The notes beneath the pieces were generated by a model. The model worked only from the letters and a program-made list of their open reading frames with translations, did no database searches and had not been told where the DNA came from. From assembly GCF_022539665.2 (NCBI RefSeq), contig NC_081331.1, positions 9,424,001 through 9,488,000 on the forward strand: 64,000 nt of DNA. Direction: 5' to 3'. This DNA is from Daphnia carinata (Eukaryota). The position numbers and the translations under genes were made by a program. Numbering within the stretch: the first letter of the stretch is position 1; each line of letters starts with the position of its first letter. Shown here piece by piece: positions 62,552 through 64,000 of this stretch.

Positions 62552-64000
62552 ATGGCCAGCTACAACTGGACGGCAGAGTGGCTAGTCCCCAGTCATCATT
62601 TGTCTTCACTAAGGAAGTGTTTGATCTGGTTAGAAATGTCTGCGGGTGCTATTGCTGTAGCGGCTTTTGCAATCAACAGTTTTGTGATGGCTTCATCCAA
62701 AGTATGCAACGCATCCTGTCGTGGTTATTTTTTCGGACTTTTGAATTTGGCATTTGCTCAGTGTCTCCTTTCATTGATCAGCCTTGCTGGAGTGATTTAT
62801 TCCCTGTGGTTGTTGGACTACAATGAGTCATTATCGACGCACAAAGATGGACGGTGGTGCTCTGTTTTGCACAACATTATTCATGCAATCCACTTATTGT
62901 CTATGCCCGGAACGGCAGCCCTCTCACTCTCGCATTGGTGGACGTTAAACATCTCGGCTAATCATGCAGAAATGGCAACGGATTTTCGGATAGTTAAAAT
63001 GTTGTTTTGTGCATTTTGGTTTCTGACTTTTCTGTTTGCTATGTGGCTGAATTTTCTTATTGTATTTTGGGGGGCAGGGTTAACCACAACGATGGCTGAA
63101 AACGACAAAAGGACAATTCAACCATGTCTACGAATATATTCCTTGACGCTCGTTACATCTACTTGTCTGCTCTTTTTTTCTAACCTTAGTTCTGTCCCAC
63201 CTGTAACTGGCCATCTTACTACCAGAGCAATTCAAAATAATCATCAAAAAGATTGTCAGGATGCCGATTGTTTTTGTTCGGACAGTAGCGATTATGGCAC
63301 ACCCTCCAAAACGTTTCCCAGTATTAGTTTACAACCAGTTTCGCAACCACCAAAAACATTACATGAACGCTGTATAAAAGCCATTATGATTCCGACAATT
63401 GTCACCATTGACGATAACGATCATGTAGCTGAAAGTGAGACAAAATCATCGATCAACAGCAACGAATTGATTCACCCCGATCACGAGAACAATCTACAGC
63501 CCTGCATATCCGAACAGAATCAAGATTTTTTATCTAGTCAGTTTACCAAAGTGATCCTATCTTCACCAGCATCATCTGCTTGTTGCGTAAGCATTTACTC
63601 TGCTGATGTTTCCACCAATTCAGTCAAGGGCTCAACAGCTGACAACAAATTGTCCGCTGAAAAGTTGCATCATCGGTTACAGCAGCTAAACAATGCTCGC
63701 ATGGCGTTTTTGCCTGATCCAGATTCAAGATCGCAGTCACAGTCTTCACATGCTCATTCGAGACGTGAATCCAACTCCAAAAGGCGTCCAAAGAAAAAAC
63801 GGAAACAAGTAAAAAATTACAAGGGACTAAAACAAATTCAATGGGAAAATCCGACAAGTGTACAAATTACAATAATGCTGTCTTTTGTGATTTTCTACTT
63901 TCCTCCGTGGTTCCTACTCGTGGCTGGCATTTATATACCTCAATATGCGACTATGTTCTTGTCAATTTTTCGACTACTCGTTAATGTGGGAAGCAGCCTC
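62552..64000 (+). CDS. Intronless multi-pass membrane protein, divergent GPCR-like; 3' end beyond window
   Basis: Hand translation from ATG 62552 (MASYNWTAEW) is open for 483 codons to the window end. It shows ~5 hydrophobic helices, a long polar loop, then ITIMLSFVIFYFPPWFLL (TM6-like FxxxxxP) and a further hydrophobic helix. Confidence 0.75.
   Translation, partial: MASYNWTAEWLVPSHHLSSLRKCLIWLEMSAGAIAVAAFAINSFVMASSKVCNASCRGYFFGLLNLAFAQCLLSLISLAGVIYSLWLLDYNESLSTHKDGRWCSVLHNIIHAIHLLSMPGTAALSLSHWWTLNISANHAEMATDFRIVKMLFCAFWFLTFLFAMWLNFLIVFWGAGLTTTMAENDKRTIQPCLRIYSLTLVTSTCLLFFSNLSSVPPVTGHLTTRAIQNNHQKDCQDADCFCSDSSDYGTPSKTFPSISLQPVSQPPKTLHERCIKAIMIPTIVTIDDNDHVAESETKSSINSNELIHPDHENNLQPCISEQNQDFLSSQFTKVILSSPASSACCVSIYSADVSTNSVKGSTADNKLSAEKLHHRLQQLNNARMAFLPDPDSRSQSQSSHAHSRRESNSKRRPKKKRKQVKNYKGLKQIQWENPTSVQITIMLSFVIFYFPPWFLLVAGIYIPQYATMFLSIFRLLVNVGSSL

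Noticed and set aside
1..64000. tRNA, rRNA or a miR-279 precursor in the window
   Set aside because: No cloverleaf or rRNA-like sequence, and no TGACTAGATCCACAC mature sequence found by eye.

Overview
Eukaryotic, AT-rich arthropod genomic DNA with very short (~55-70 nt) GT-AG introns. The style suggests a Daphnia-like crustacean (inference). Host genes, in order: INSM/nerfin SNAG zinc-finger factor (+), SLC25A29/45-type mitochondrial carrier (-), SLC3-type amino-acid transporter heavy chain (+), Claspin (+), SERTA-domain protein (+), enolase-phosphatase E1 (-), a Gly/Tyr-rich secreted protein (-) and an intronless 7TM-like ORF running off the right edge (+). About 19-37 kb is an accessory block. 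It holds a decayed TTC28 3' fragment, two MITE/foldback elements, a young full-length Ty3/gypsy (Mag-like) LTR element, a THAP relic, and a 3.86-kb Mutator-like element (~460-bp TIRs, 8-bp TSD) carrying an intron-containing 3' half of DHX37 and inserted ~150 bp upstream of Claspin (Pack-MULE-like capture). The other standout is a dense array of miR-279-family seed matches (TCTAGTCA) in the 5' leader of the nerfin gene. Several single-base frameshifts at homopolymers look like assembly errors. All calls are by eye; no searches were run.
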